This document shows, in pieces, positions 18,965 to 28,325 of a stretch of DNA of 64,000 nucleotides. The translations under genes were made by a program, and so were the position numbers. The notes under the pieces were generated by a model, which ran no database searches, was not told the origin of the DNA, and saw only the letters and a list, made by a program, of their open reading frames with translations. Position 1 is the first letter of the stretch. Every line of letters starts with the position of its first letter. The stretch is taken from assembly GCA_965215265.1 (NCBI GenBank), contig OZ244048.1, positions 3,776,001 to 3,840,000 of the forward strand, read 5' to 3'. The stretch is from Candidatus Poribacteria bacterium. Lineage in GTDB: Bacteria; Poribacteria; WGA-4E; WGA-3G.

Positions 18965-20054
18965 AAACCGAGACGGCTTTGCCAAACTCGTTCAACGCCA
19001 TCCACTCATCCACCGTGTGTGCTTGCAGAATGCTACCCGGACCGATGACGACCGTTTCCATGTATTGTGCGAAGACGGTCGCATCCGTGCCATACGCAAC
19101 TGTTTGAGGAAACGACTCCCCGGTAATTTCAAGGGCTGCCTGGATAATCTCTGCATCGGGTGACGTGCGTACCGGATCCCCATTTATTAATATCTTAAAC
19201 TCCAAGCCATGGTTTTCGGCAGCCGTTCGCGCGCGATTTATCCAAACTTCCGTGTCATCGCCCGGCATCGGACGGTAACTAATATGGCATACACTTAAGG
19301 GAGGCGTGATGTTCGCTGCGCAATCCCCATCGCTAATCGTGATATTCCAATCTGTAAACGGCGGCGAAAATTCCGTATTGAAATACCGAGAATTGGTTGT
19401 CAATTCCTGATAAATTTCTCGCATCTCTGACAGAAATGGAATCAACTTCAGATTGGCATTATCTCCTTTACCTGTGCTACTGTGGGCCGCGTAACCGTGA
19501 GCCGTGGCGCTGAAACGGCAAACACCTTTGTGCCCATACACAGCATGCAGTTCTGTTGGTTCACCGACAACACCGTACCGCGGGAATCCATTCCGTTTAA
19601 ACATCTCCGATTTTTCGACAACTGCACTCGCACCGAGGTAACCCACCTCTTCATCAGCGGTGATAACGACATACAACGGTGATGCTAACACCGTAGCTGA
19701 ATATCGCGACATAGTCTCGATCATACATGCCACGCTGCCCTTCATATCGCAGCTGCCGCGCCCGTACATCTTACCATCGGCAATCCGGGCCTTAAACGGA
19801 TCTGTCGACCATCCGATAGCCGGCACCGTATCTATATGCCCCAGAAGCGCAAGTCCACCTCCAGCTGAACCACGACCTTTGCAACCAATTAAATTAACCT
19901 TCTGCACACCCGCCGGATCTCTGTATTCAACCGTTTCAACCTCGCATCCCACACCTTCCAACGTTTCCGTCAGAAAATCCATCACTGCAACGTTGCTTCG
20001 CGCGCTTACCGTATTGTACCCTATCAAGGTTTTAGTTAATTCTTTTGCATCCAT
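18930..20054 (-). CDS. argE: M20 metallopeptidase, acetylornithine deacetylase-like
   Basis: GHIDTVP, YGRGSCDMKG, DEEVG, GEPT, AHSS, GPGSILQAHTVDE; start may be 20072. Confidence 0.8.
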   Translation of the reverse strand: MDAKELTKTLIGYNTVSARSNVAVMDFLTETLEGVGCEVETVEYRDPAGVQKVNLIGCKGRGSAGGGLALLGHIDTVPAIGWSTDPFKARIADGKMYGRGSCDMKGSVACMIETMSRYSATVLASPLYVVITADEEVGYLGASAVVEKSEMFKRNGFPRYGVVGEPTELHAVYGHKGVCRFSATAHGYAAHSSTGKGDNANLKLIPFLSEMREIYQELTTNSRYFNTEFSPPFTDWNITISDGDCAANITPPLSVCHISYRPMPGDDTEVWINRARTAAENHGLEFKILINGDPVRTSPDAEIIQAALEITGESFPQTVAYGTDATVFAQYMETVVIGPGSILQAHTVDEWMALNEFGKAVSVFSRFVDRFCVG

Positions 20055-20200
20055 AATTGGTGATTTTACCACAAATTGCGAAGTTTGTCAAACATTTTTA
20101 TACTAAATTCTGAAAATAATCTGACATGAGTCGTTATTGACGGAGTCCAAAATTCGCGTAGATTAGAAGAATGTCCCATCCGCTTTTTGGAATAAAAAAA

Positions 20201-20229
20201 TTGACTTTTTTGGATATTTCGTGTAAAAT
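20201..20229 (+). promoter_or_regulatory. Sigma70-type promoter for 20267
   Basis: TTGACT-17 nt-TAAAAT. Confidence 0.6.
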
Positions 20230-20266
20230 TAAATGAAGCAGAAGGATCCGGAAATCGAGGTATTTC

Positions 20267-21610
20267 ATGCAAAACCGGACGAACCGAAGGACCATATCTA
20301 AAAATAGAGCTGTCCTCGCCTCAGTTGGACTACACCTCCTCTTCGCGTTTATTGTTGCACTGCTGTTATCGGAGCAACGGGAAGTGGATAAGGATGCTTA
20401 TGATGTTGAATTTTTCAACTTCAGCCGGCCGGGTAACAATGTGGATATCCGTCCGACACGTCCGACACGTGTTCTTCCTACTCTTACCGTAGAAGATCCG
20501 TCGCTGTCTCAATTTGCTCCGAGTGCCATAAACCCAATTCCGAGGCACCAAACAGATGTCATACCGCAATCGTCTACGTTAGAATTTAATCCGGATGTAC
20601 TAAGTTTTACGAACGTGTCAGTCAAATCCACGGAAGCTGGGCCTGCGCAGCCCAAAGCCGGCTCCGCCCCAACTGCATCTGTAGCACGTCCTCTAACCGT
20701 GGTACCTATAAAATCCTCTGTCTCTCTTAAGAGGAGCGGGATATCTTCTCAACCTTCTAACCGTCATCCGGAATTTCTTGAGAGTACTCTACCGGCAGCT
20801 GACTTAGGATACGGGTTTAATACTCCATTCGGTGTGGAGGTTCCTAAAGGACGGCTCGGCGGTGTCCTTGAAGGCAGAGGAAAAGATATACTCGGACATA
20901 TTCGCCTGATTCGGCTCAAACATTCCCTCTCTGATTGGTGGCAAGATCCAACCGCTATTCCTGCTCTTATTAAGTGGATGGAGAAACATACGACGATTCG
21001 AGCAGATATGAATTTTGAAGGCGGTGCTTTAACACTAACAAACCCGGCGATCTTGGATGCCCCGCTTATCATTATGACGGGACACGATAGGGACATCACC
21101 GTCGGACGTGGGATTGCAAAGGATGGTCCACTGAACACAGGTTTTATGCCAGAAGAACGCGCAACACTACGCAAATACATCGTGGAAAAAGGAGGTACGC
21201 TCTTTTTTGACGACTGCGGCTTTAACGGATTGTTTGCCAATATCGTGGCTGATGAACTCAACCAGATTTTTCCGGAATATCCACTTGATATTCTGCCGCA
21301 TGAACATGAGCTCTACCGCATCTACTATCAACTACCTAAACCCCCGGATGGCGGCGATGTCTTTTGGGGAAATGAGAACAACGCACAACCGACACAGTTC
21401 CGCTATCAGAAAGCCATTATCATTGAAAACCGAGTGGCTGTTATCTACAACCGAAAGGACTATCTCTGTGCGATGGAGACAGCGGAAATTGAGAGTCGCA
21501 CGATGTTGCGACTCAGACGTTCAACTGATGTCTACCGGTTTATGTGCAATCTGCTCGTTTATGCACTGAAATATGGCGGCAATACAGATAGGTCGCGTTA
21601 TCACGAGTAG
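20267..21610 (+). CDS. Membrane-anchored DUF4159-domain protein
   Basis: N-terminal TM (SVGLHLL), Pro/Ser linker, DWWQDPTA, MTGH, LRKYIVEKGGTLFFDDCG. Confidence 0.75.
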   Translation: MQNRTNRRTISKNRAVLASVGLHLLFAFIVALLLSEQREVDKDAYDVEFFNFSRPGNNVDIRPTRPTRVLPTLTVEDPSLSQFAPSAINPIPRHQTDVIPQSSTLEFNPDVLSFTNVSVKSTEAGPAQPKAGSAPTASVARPLTVVPIKSSVSLKRSGISSQPSNRHPEFLESTLPAADLGYGFNTPFGVEVPKGRLGGVLEGRGKDILGHIRLIRLKHSLSDWWQDPTAIPALIKWMEKHTTIRADMNFEGGALTLTNPAILDAPLIIMTGHDRDITVGRGIAKDGPLNTGFMPEERATLRKYIVEKGGTLFFDDCGFNGLFANIVADELNQIFPEYPLDILPHEHELYRIYYQLPKPPDGGDVFWGNENNAQPTQFRYQKAIIIENRVAVIYNRKDYLCAMETAEIESRTMLRLRRSTDVYRFMCNLLVYALKYGGNTDRSRYHE

Positions 21611-21789
21611 TGTTAATAGAAAGTACGCAAGCGGCAGTGATTTGGGTATCGCGATTAGCGATTATGCCTCCCTTGTGTTCTGAATCGTTGATGTTGAGTC
21701 AGAACAGCGCGCTTATAAATCACGCGACCGAGAAAACAAATCTTCTTAATAATTTTCCAATACCTTTAGTAGAGGAGGAACTAGGCGTT

Positions 21790-24018
21790 ATGAAAAGTTT
21801 TTTGCTGCTGTTTTGGGTGTTTTTATTCCCATTACATGCTTTTTCCCAGACCGGAACCATTGAAGGATCTGTTTACAGTAGCACATCGCAGGAACCTTTG
21901 GTAGGAGTGAACGTTCATCTCATTGAAATCAATCTATCTCAAAAAACAGACGCAACGGGTACCTTTGCGTTTCGCGATGTTCCTGAAGGAGACTGGACCT
22001 TATCTGTTACTTCACCGACTTCCACATCGGCAAAACAGGTCTCTATTGTCGTGACAGCAGGGAAAACCGTACAGCCAAAGATTTACCTTGAGGAAATTAT
22101 GCAACTTGAGGGGATAGAGGTAAAAGAGAGGCGTCTCGCTAAAACGGTCAGCCGAAAGAGCATGAAAGCTGAGGAGATAATGCGGCTCCCCGGAACAGCC
22201 GGAGACGCGCTGCGTGCCTTACCTTCCATCCCCGGTATCGGGGTTGCAAACGATTTTAGCGGCGCACTCTACATCCGTGGTGGCTCTGATGAGGACAATC
22301 TTTACTATTTTGACCGGATACCGATTGCTTACCCTTACCACTTTGGCGGGCTTGTCTCGTCTCTCAGCTCTGAAATTATTGAGCGGATTGATGTTTATGC
22401 TGGTGGCTATGGCGCGGAATTCGGCGTGGATTCGCAAGCTGTCATTGACATCTATTCATACAATAGCAGTCCCGGCGGATTGCACGGCAAACTCAACCTC
22501 AACCTACTTTACTCCGAAGGCATGCTGCAAGGAAAAATCGCGGATAATGGATTCTGGTACGCCGCTGGTAGACGCAGCTACGCTGACTTTTTTATCGGTT
22601 CACTCTCGTTTGAAACAGGCGAAATCACCGCATTCCCGAGATTTTGGGATTATCAACTCAAAACAGGCTATGAACTGAATGATAAGCATCAACTATTTAT
22701 TAATGCGTTCTCCTCACGCGACCGGTTTTCACTTAAACTTGATGGTGAAGATATCGACCAAGACTTGCAAGGAAACTTAGATTACCAAAGCGGTTTTTCC
22801 GGCGCAGGCATTCATCTCCGCTCTCTTCTCACAAACCGGCTAACCTCCTTTTTATCCCTCACTTATTCTGATTTTCTCTTTGACACAAGCATTGGAACAG
22901 TATTTTCTATTGAAATTGATGCACCGAACTACGTCCTACGCGAAGATCTTAGTTACGCCCTCAGCCCAAAACATCAACTTGAATCCGGACTCATACTCGC
23001 AATTGAACCGGGAAAAGTTACCGGAAAAGGAGGGCGCGTTCCAGACGAAGGTGAAGATGAATACGATTTCCGGTTTCAGGAAAGAAAAATCTTTGATGAT
23101 TTTATACGCGGGCAACGTCTTGAAGGTTACCTGCAAGACAGATACGAACTCCTGCCGTTTTTGTCCGCTGTGTTCGGCATCCGGTTTGATTATTTCAATC
23201 TGATTGATGAACTCTCTATCCAACCGCGCGGCAGTCTTTTGTTTGAACTACCAAGTGGCGCAGAACTCCAATTTTCTTACGGACTTTACAATCAGACACC
23301 GGAACCAGCACGCCTCTCTCCTGCAGTCGGAAATCCTAATCTTCAGACAAGCCTCGCCAACCATTATATCGTTGAGTTGAAACGGCAACTTTCACCACAA
23401 ACGGACATCAAGCTAGCAGGTTATTACAAACATCTTGACCGGCTAGTAACCTTTGATGAACAGTACACCTATCTCAACCAAGGTACAGGATATGCACAAG
23501 GCACTGAGATTTTCCTACGCCATTATCACGAAGACCGGTTCTTTACCTGGATATCCTACGCTTACGCCCTGTCTAAACGACGCGACCGGCCCACCGAACC
23601 ATACCGCTACTATTCATTTGATCAGACACACGTTGCAACCCTCGCCGCTAGCTACAATTTGACACCGACGTGGGAAATCGGGGCAAAATGGCAATACCGC
23701 ACAGGAAATCCATACACGCCACTTAATACACAGAACCCTTCAACTGTTGAATTTGACCCTAGAAATGGCGAAACCATTTACATCCCGAATTACTTGGAAA
23801 CCAATTCTGCTCGCCTCCCTGCCTATCACCGATTGGACCTGCGCGTGAGTAAAACTTTCCGATTTTCTAATTGGAAACTCGGCTTTTTCGTCGAACTACT
23901 CAATGCCTATAACCGAAAGAATCTGCTGAATTTCAATTACAACGACGATTACACTGAAAAAGAGAATATCAATCAGTTTCCAATCATCCCATATTTAGGG
24001 ATTACCGCTGAATTCTAA
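21790..24018 (+). CDS. TonB-dependent outer-membrane receptor
   Basis: GAGGAGG upstream of ATG 21790; carboxypeptidase-regulatory-like N-domain, plug YIRGG...GGYGAEFG, GNPNL, RLPAYHRLDLR, terminal F. Confidence 0.92.
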   Translation: MKSFLLLFWVFLFPLHAFSQTGTIEGSVYSSTSQEPLVGVNVHLIEINLSQKTDATGTFAFRDVPEGDWTLSVTSPTSTSAKQVSIVVTAGKTVQPKIYLEEIMQLEGIEVKERRLAKTVSRKSMKAEEIMRLPGTAGDALRALPSIPGIGVANDFSGALYIRGGSDEDNLYYFDRIPIAYPYHFGGLVSSLSSEIIERIDVYAGGYGAEFGVDSQAVIDIYSYNSSPGGLHGKLNLNLLYSEGMLQGKIADNGFWYAAGRRSYADFFIGSLSFETGEITAFPRFWDYQLKTGYELNDKHQLFINAFSSRDRFSLKLDGEDIDQDLQGNLDYQSGFSGAGIHLRSLLTNRLTSFLSLTYSDFLFDTSIGTVFSIEIDAPNYVLREDLSYALSPKHQLESGLILAIEPGKVTGKGGRVPDEGEDEYDFRFQERKIFDDFIRGQRLEGYLQDRYELLPFLSAVFGIRFDYFNLIDELSIQPRGSLLFELPSGAELQFSYGLYNQTPEPARLSPAVGNPNLQTSLANHYIVELKRQLSPQTDIKLAGYYKHLDRLVTFDEQYTYLNQGTGYAQGTEIFLRHYHEDRFFTWISYAYALSKRRDRPTEPYRYYSFDQTHVATLAASYNLTPTWEIGAKWQYRTGNPYTPLNTQNPSTVEFDPRNGETIYIPNYLETNSARLPAYHRLDLRVSKTFRFSNWKLGFFVELLNAYNRKNLLNFNYNDDYTEKENINQFPIIPYLGITAEF

Positions 24019-24486
24019 GCCGCTAAACAGATTGTTCCGCATGGAATAAGAAAAACGTGCTGGCAAACCGCGGCCATAAGTCTTTTACAGATTTATGGTT
24101 ACTGAATAGAAACGACTTGTGCTAATTATAGTCATCCTAAAAATGTATAGCAATTTGCTTTGTTGATTTCACGGATGCCAACCCAACATCTTCGAGTACC
24201 ATCAGAGAGTGCAGTCTAAACAGAAGTTGAGAAAAACACCGAGGGTCAAACGACTAGAGTTGTTACTCAGCTGCGCTCCAAACCGCTAATGCCCACGTGC
24301 ACGCTAGACACCTGCACAGAACTTGTCAGTCGAGGCAGCCGCCTCTCCATCCGGCGATGGCATCGACGATGCCGCGTTGCGGTATTCGAGCTTCTGAGTT
24401 TTCCCAGGGCACGGAAAAGACAGAGTGAAGAATTGTCCTAACCGCCACTAATATTAAAAAATTTGATTTTTATAATCTTTTTTAAT

Positions 24487-24515
24487 TTGACAAAAATGTA
24501 CATTTTTGCTAAATT
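24487..24515 (+). promoter_or_regulatory. Sigma70-type promoter overlapping a palindrome (possible operator)
   Basis: TTGACA-17 nt-TAAATT; CAAAAATGTACATTTTTG palindrome spans the spacer. Confidence 0.55.
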
Positions 24516-24700
24516 CTAGCACAATATCCTACTTTTATATTCTAAAGTCCCTCAGACTATGCACTTCTTGAGGCTTTTCAAAATATGGAGGTAGGGTATG
24601 AAAGCGGTTTTGCTAAAAAAAGCGAATTAGTAGAATCGCCGTACCTCGCGCGGGCTCTCTCAGTTTGCGCACTACCTAATCAAATGAAAGGAGCTACACA

Positions 24701-25534
24701 ATGAAAAGAACTTCCCTTATGACGCTCATTGTACTGTTTTCGGTTATTCTTCTCAGTTCAGCGAGTGCACAAGTGATTTTCTATGCTGATTTTGAAGCAG
24801 ACTCACAAGACGCGGTGCCAGATGCCAGTGTCAACGACGCCGCGAATTACGAACCTGAAAATCCCGGCATGGTTTGGGCAGCAGCCTCTGATTTCCCAGA
24901 AGGGGGTGAAGGCGCGTTACATCAGACTATAGAAGGATGCGGAAACTCTGGTAACACTCCATTACCCGGTATTGATAACTTCTCCGACGGTATCATTCAG
25001 GGTGTTTTCTCATGGCAAGACGATGACGGTGTCGGATTCCAATTCCGGCGCGTCGGTGATGATAGAGGCTACCTCGTCGCTTTTGGCTATAACGAAACAC
25101 CTCAGATTATTATCGGGAGCCTTGCCGATGGATGCTGCCCCTCCGGTCAATGTCTTGACCAGTGTACGTGCGAAAATGGTGGCAACGAACTCCTTGGGGT
25201 TGACCACGGATTAGGCGCAGACCTGCCCCAAGATAACACTGTCGCCTATTTCGGGCGTGTTCAAGTGACTGACACGTTAATCCAGGTCTGGTATATGCCG
25301 TTGGCTGATGTACCCGACCTCTTTGCGGATTCCGGAGAACTCGGAGATCCGGTCGCTGAGTACGATGGCGCTGATGATGCCGGCCCCGGAACCGTCGGAA
25401 TTTGGCACGAAAGCTGGGGAAATGGTAGAGTCGGAAGCATGCTTGTCACAGGACCCGACGGTTTCGCTACGACTGCTGTCGATCCGCATGCTAAACTCTC
25501 CACAACGTGGGGCGATGTCAAGAGCAGCTACTAA
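24701..25534 (+). CDS. Secreted acidic Cys-rich protein, probable lectin-like beta-sandwich, with KLxTTWG tail
   Basis: Signal peptide, DDDGVGFQFRR, GCCPSGQCLDQCTCENGG, AVDPHAKLSTTWGDVKSSY. Confidence 0.75.
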   Translation: MKRTSLMTLIVLFSVILLSSASAQVIFYADFEADSQDAVPDASVNDAANYEPENPGMVWAAASDFPEGGEGALHQTIEGCGNSGNTPLPGIDNFSDGIIQGVFSWQDDDGVGFQFRRVGDDRGYLVAFGYNETPQIIIGSLADGCCPSGQCLDQCTCENGGNELLGVDHGLGADLPQDNTVAYFGRVQVTDTLIQVWYMPLADVPDLFADSGELGDPVAEYDGADDAGPGTVGIWHESWGNGRVGSMLVTGPDGFATTAVDPHAKLSTTWGDVKSSY

Positions 25535-25581
25535 AAAGCTGCACACTTGAGAATAGACAACGGCAATCCTTTGTTGCCGCC

Positions 25582-25620
25582 GGAAGCAGGAGTCCTTTTT
25601 AGTTTAGCACTCCTGCTTCC
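25582..25620 (+). terminator. Strong hairpin after 24701..25534
   Basis: GGAAGCAGGAGT...ACTCCTGCTTCC 12-bp stem, no clear U-tract. Confidence 0.4.
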
Positions 25621-25937
25621 TAAACTAACTCTCGAGCACGCTTTTCAAACGAGGTGGCCTGCACGCCGCGTCCTACGGCAGGTTTCACATCTTTAAATGA
25701 TAAGCTGACTCTCCTATAGGGAGAGTGTTACTGTTTTCCATTCAAGCACGCTGCGCAACTTCAATTCCATATTGATACTGACACGGTATATCATCGTGCT
25801 GGACTTGCTAGCTCACTGATACTTTGTGACCTGCAAGGTTGGAAACCTCGTCTACCCAGGCAAGCGATGCTCCCGAGTTTATCTGTCGAAATATCTACTT
25901 ATTTTTTTAATTCACTATAAAGGAGATTTCTCATAAA

Positions 25938-26765
25938 ATGAAAACGCAATTTATTTTGTTGATATCGGCTATGATACTACTTGTTTCTTTGACTGCTAAT
26001 GGACAAATTGCATTCTATGCGGACTTTGAACCTAACTCTAAGGACGCAAAACCGAATGCTGATGTGAACAACATCAAAAACTATAAGCCTGAGAACGGAG
26101 GAACTATCTGGGCAGATGCAGATTTCGAAGGTGGCAATCTCGGCGGTACAAAAGCAATGGCGCAAACTGCTGAGGGATGCGGCATCTCAGGTAATACCCC
26201 GCTGCCCGGTGTTGATGACTTCACCGACGGTATCATCCAAGTCATTTTCTCCTTTGGGGACGATGATAGTTTTGGCGTACAATTCCGTAGAAAAGGAGAT
26301 GATAAGGGCTATCTTGTTGTCTTTGGCTATAATGAGACCTCAAAAGTTATCTTCGCGGATCTTGCCGATGGATGCTGTCCCTCCGGACAATGTCTAGATC
26401 AGTGTGGATGCGAAAATGGCGGTAAGGAAATAGCAGGCGTTGACCACGGACTCGGGGCCGGACTCGATCAGACGAACAGCGTTGCATATTTTGGACGCGT
26501 CGAGGTTAGCGGCAGCAACGTCAAAGTCTGGTACATGAAACTTGAGGATGTTAAGGACTTATTCGCTAATTCCGATGACCTCGGGGAACCGGTGCTTGAA
26601 TCAGACAAGGCGACTCACAAGAGCGCAGGGCTCGTCGGAGTCTGGCACGAAAGCTGGGGAATGGGACGCATAGACAGCATTCTTGTCACCAACCTGAATG
26701 GTTTTGATGTCCATGTCAAAGACAAATTGACTACCACTTGGGGTGATGTCAAAACCAGTTATTAA
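25938..26765 (+). CDS. Tandem paralog of 24701..25534
   Basis: Same FYADFE, SGNTPLPG, CCPSGQCLDQC, WHESWG and KLTTTWGDVK motifs. Confidence 0.75.
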   Translation: MKTQFILLISAMILLVSLTANGQIAFYADFEPNSKDAKPNADVNNIKNYKPENGGTIWADADFEGGNLGGTKAMAQTAEGCGISGNTPLPGVDDFTDGIIQVIFSFGDDDSFGVQFRRKGDDKGYLVVFGYNETSKVIFADLADGCCPSGQCLDQCGCENGGKEIAGVDHGLGAGLDQTNSVAYFGRVEVSGSNVKVWYMKLEDVKDLFANSDDLGEPVLESDKATHKSAGLVGVWHESWGMGRIDSILVTNLNGFDVHVKDKLTTTWGDVKTSY

Positions 26766-26804
26766 GGAAGGTTACTTGTTGAAGTACGACTTAAAATCTG
26801 AAAT

Positions 26805-26832
26805 GTAGGCGGGATTGCTCAATCTCGCCTGC
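26805..26832 (+). repeat. GTAG-type REP-like palindrome (relatives at 28267..28291 and, on the minus strand, 25833..25855)
   Basis: GTAGGCGGGATTGCTCAATCTCGCCTGC; GTAGGCGGGTTCTCCACATCCCGAC; GTAGACGAGGTTTCCAACCTTGC. Confidence 0.5.
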
Positions 26833-26853
26833 TCTCTATAAAGGGGACTACCC

Positions 26854-28125
26854 ATGAAAGTCACAAACGTTGAACGTGCCATTGTAGATGTCTCTTTCAC
26901 TCCACGCCAGCAACAGATTACCACGCAGAGCGTTTCTACTGTCTATAACTGGTCTCTTCTGGAACTGTGCAAAGTCACGACAGATACCGGGCACGTCGGA
27001 TGGGGCGAGACCGTGATTCATTACACCTACCAACGCGTGAGCGACGATAGCGTCAAGCGCGTGATTGGGCAAAGCCCCGCGGCGTTCATGAACGATGACT
27101 CACTCGGCGCAGGCCTACAGATGGCTCTTTTTGATGTGGTTGGAAAAATATTAGACATCCCTGTTTACAAACTCCTCGGGACGCAATGCCGCGAGGTTGT
27201 CCCTATTTCATGGTGGAGCATTGATGCCTCTCCAGAGAATTGGGCAGCGGAAGCCGCCGAGGCTGTGAGGCACGGTTACACCAGTTTCAAAAACAAGCCA
27301 CGCCCATGGTGGGATATTGTCGCACAAGTTGAAGCTATCGCACAAGCAGTCCCCTGTGACTTTAAATTAGACCTAGACCCCAACAGTTCCTTGCGCAATG
27401 CCGCCACTGCCATTCCAATCTTGCAAAAATTAGCAACCTATCCAAACGTGGCGATGTTTGAATCCCCTATCCCGCAGGGCGATGTAGAAGGAAATAAGCA
27501 GATTCGCCAAGCCGTTGATAGACCAATTGCAATGCACTTCGGGGCACCGCCTTACACCACCTGCATCAGTGAAGATGTCTGCAGCGGTTTTGTTATCAGT
27601 GGAGGCAAGTCTCAGGTGATGAGGCAAGGGCAGCTCAGCGCCGAAGCAGATATGCCGTTCTGGCTCCAAATCGTCGGAAACGGACTCACCACAACATGGG
27701 CGGCACACCTCGGAAGCGTCTTAACACACGCTATATGGCCCGCGATTACCTGTCTGAACCTTTACAGTGACCATCTCTTGACGCAACCCATTCAGGTCAG
27801 CAAAGGCTGCTACAAAGTCCACGATGCCCCCGGATTAGGCGTTGAAGTCAATGAGGAAGCAGTGGAACGTTTTCGCGTACCTGCCGATAAATTAGATGCT
27901 GATAGGTATACAATTCACCCCGTGCCAGAGATAATCAAGACCGTGGTCTATCCAGATGGGAGTTGCATCCATATGGCAGGCGACGGCTTGAGTTATTTCA
28001 ATGCCGGCAATGGATACGCGCAAGTGGAAGGTGCACGGTTGGAACTGACTTTTAACGACGGTTCTCAGGAATGGGCGGAGTTATTTGCACAAGTTTCTGA
28101 AACGCCGGTGCATGGACAGTGGTAA
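26854..28125 (+). CDS. Mandelate racemase/muconate lactonizing enzyme (enolase superfamily)
   Basis: TDTGHVGWGE, MALFDVVGK..PVYKLLG, KNK, LDPN, FESP, APGLGVE. Confidence 0.85.
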   Translation: MKVTNVERAIVDVSFTPRQQQITTQSVSTVYNWSLLELCKVTTDTGHVGWGETVIHYTYQRVSDDSVKRVIGQSPAAFMNDDSLGAGLQMALFDVVGKILDIPVYKLLGTQCREVVPISWWSIDASPENWAAEAAEAVRHGYTSFKNKPRPWWDIVAQVEAIAQAVPCDFKLDLDPNSSLRNAATAIPILQKLATYPNVAMFESPIPQGDVEGNKQIRQAVDRPIAMHFGAPPYTTCISEDVCSGFVISGGKSQVMRQGQLSAEADMPFWLQIVGNGLTTTWAAHLGSVLTHAIWPAITCLNLYSDHLLTQPIQVSKGCYKVHDAPGLGVEVNEEAVERFRVPADKLDADRYTIHPVPEIIKTVVYPDGSCIHMAGDGLSYFNAGNGYAQVEGARLELTFNDGSQEWAELFAQVSETPVHGQW

Positions 28126-28325
28126 CTCCGCACAATGCACGATATACCGTAGCATTGAACCTAAGAAAATCAGATTTTGTGGATAACTCGTGGAATTTAA
28201 CCCGATGCCTCAACAAGGTGATTGAGTTCTATGTTATGAACGTGTGCTAAATCGCAAGGCTTCCTTGTAGGCGGGTTCTCCACATCCCGACACCCTGGGC
28301 AAATCCAGAAAATGTTGGAAACTAA

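Noticed and set aside
21610-21789. N-terminal extension of the TonB receptor
   Set aside because: Signal peptide and RBS indicate a start at 21790
28178-28186. Perfect DnaA box TGTGGATAA (a consensus match also at 12422)
   Set aside because: Isolated boxes with no cluster; insufficient for an oriC call
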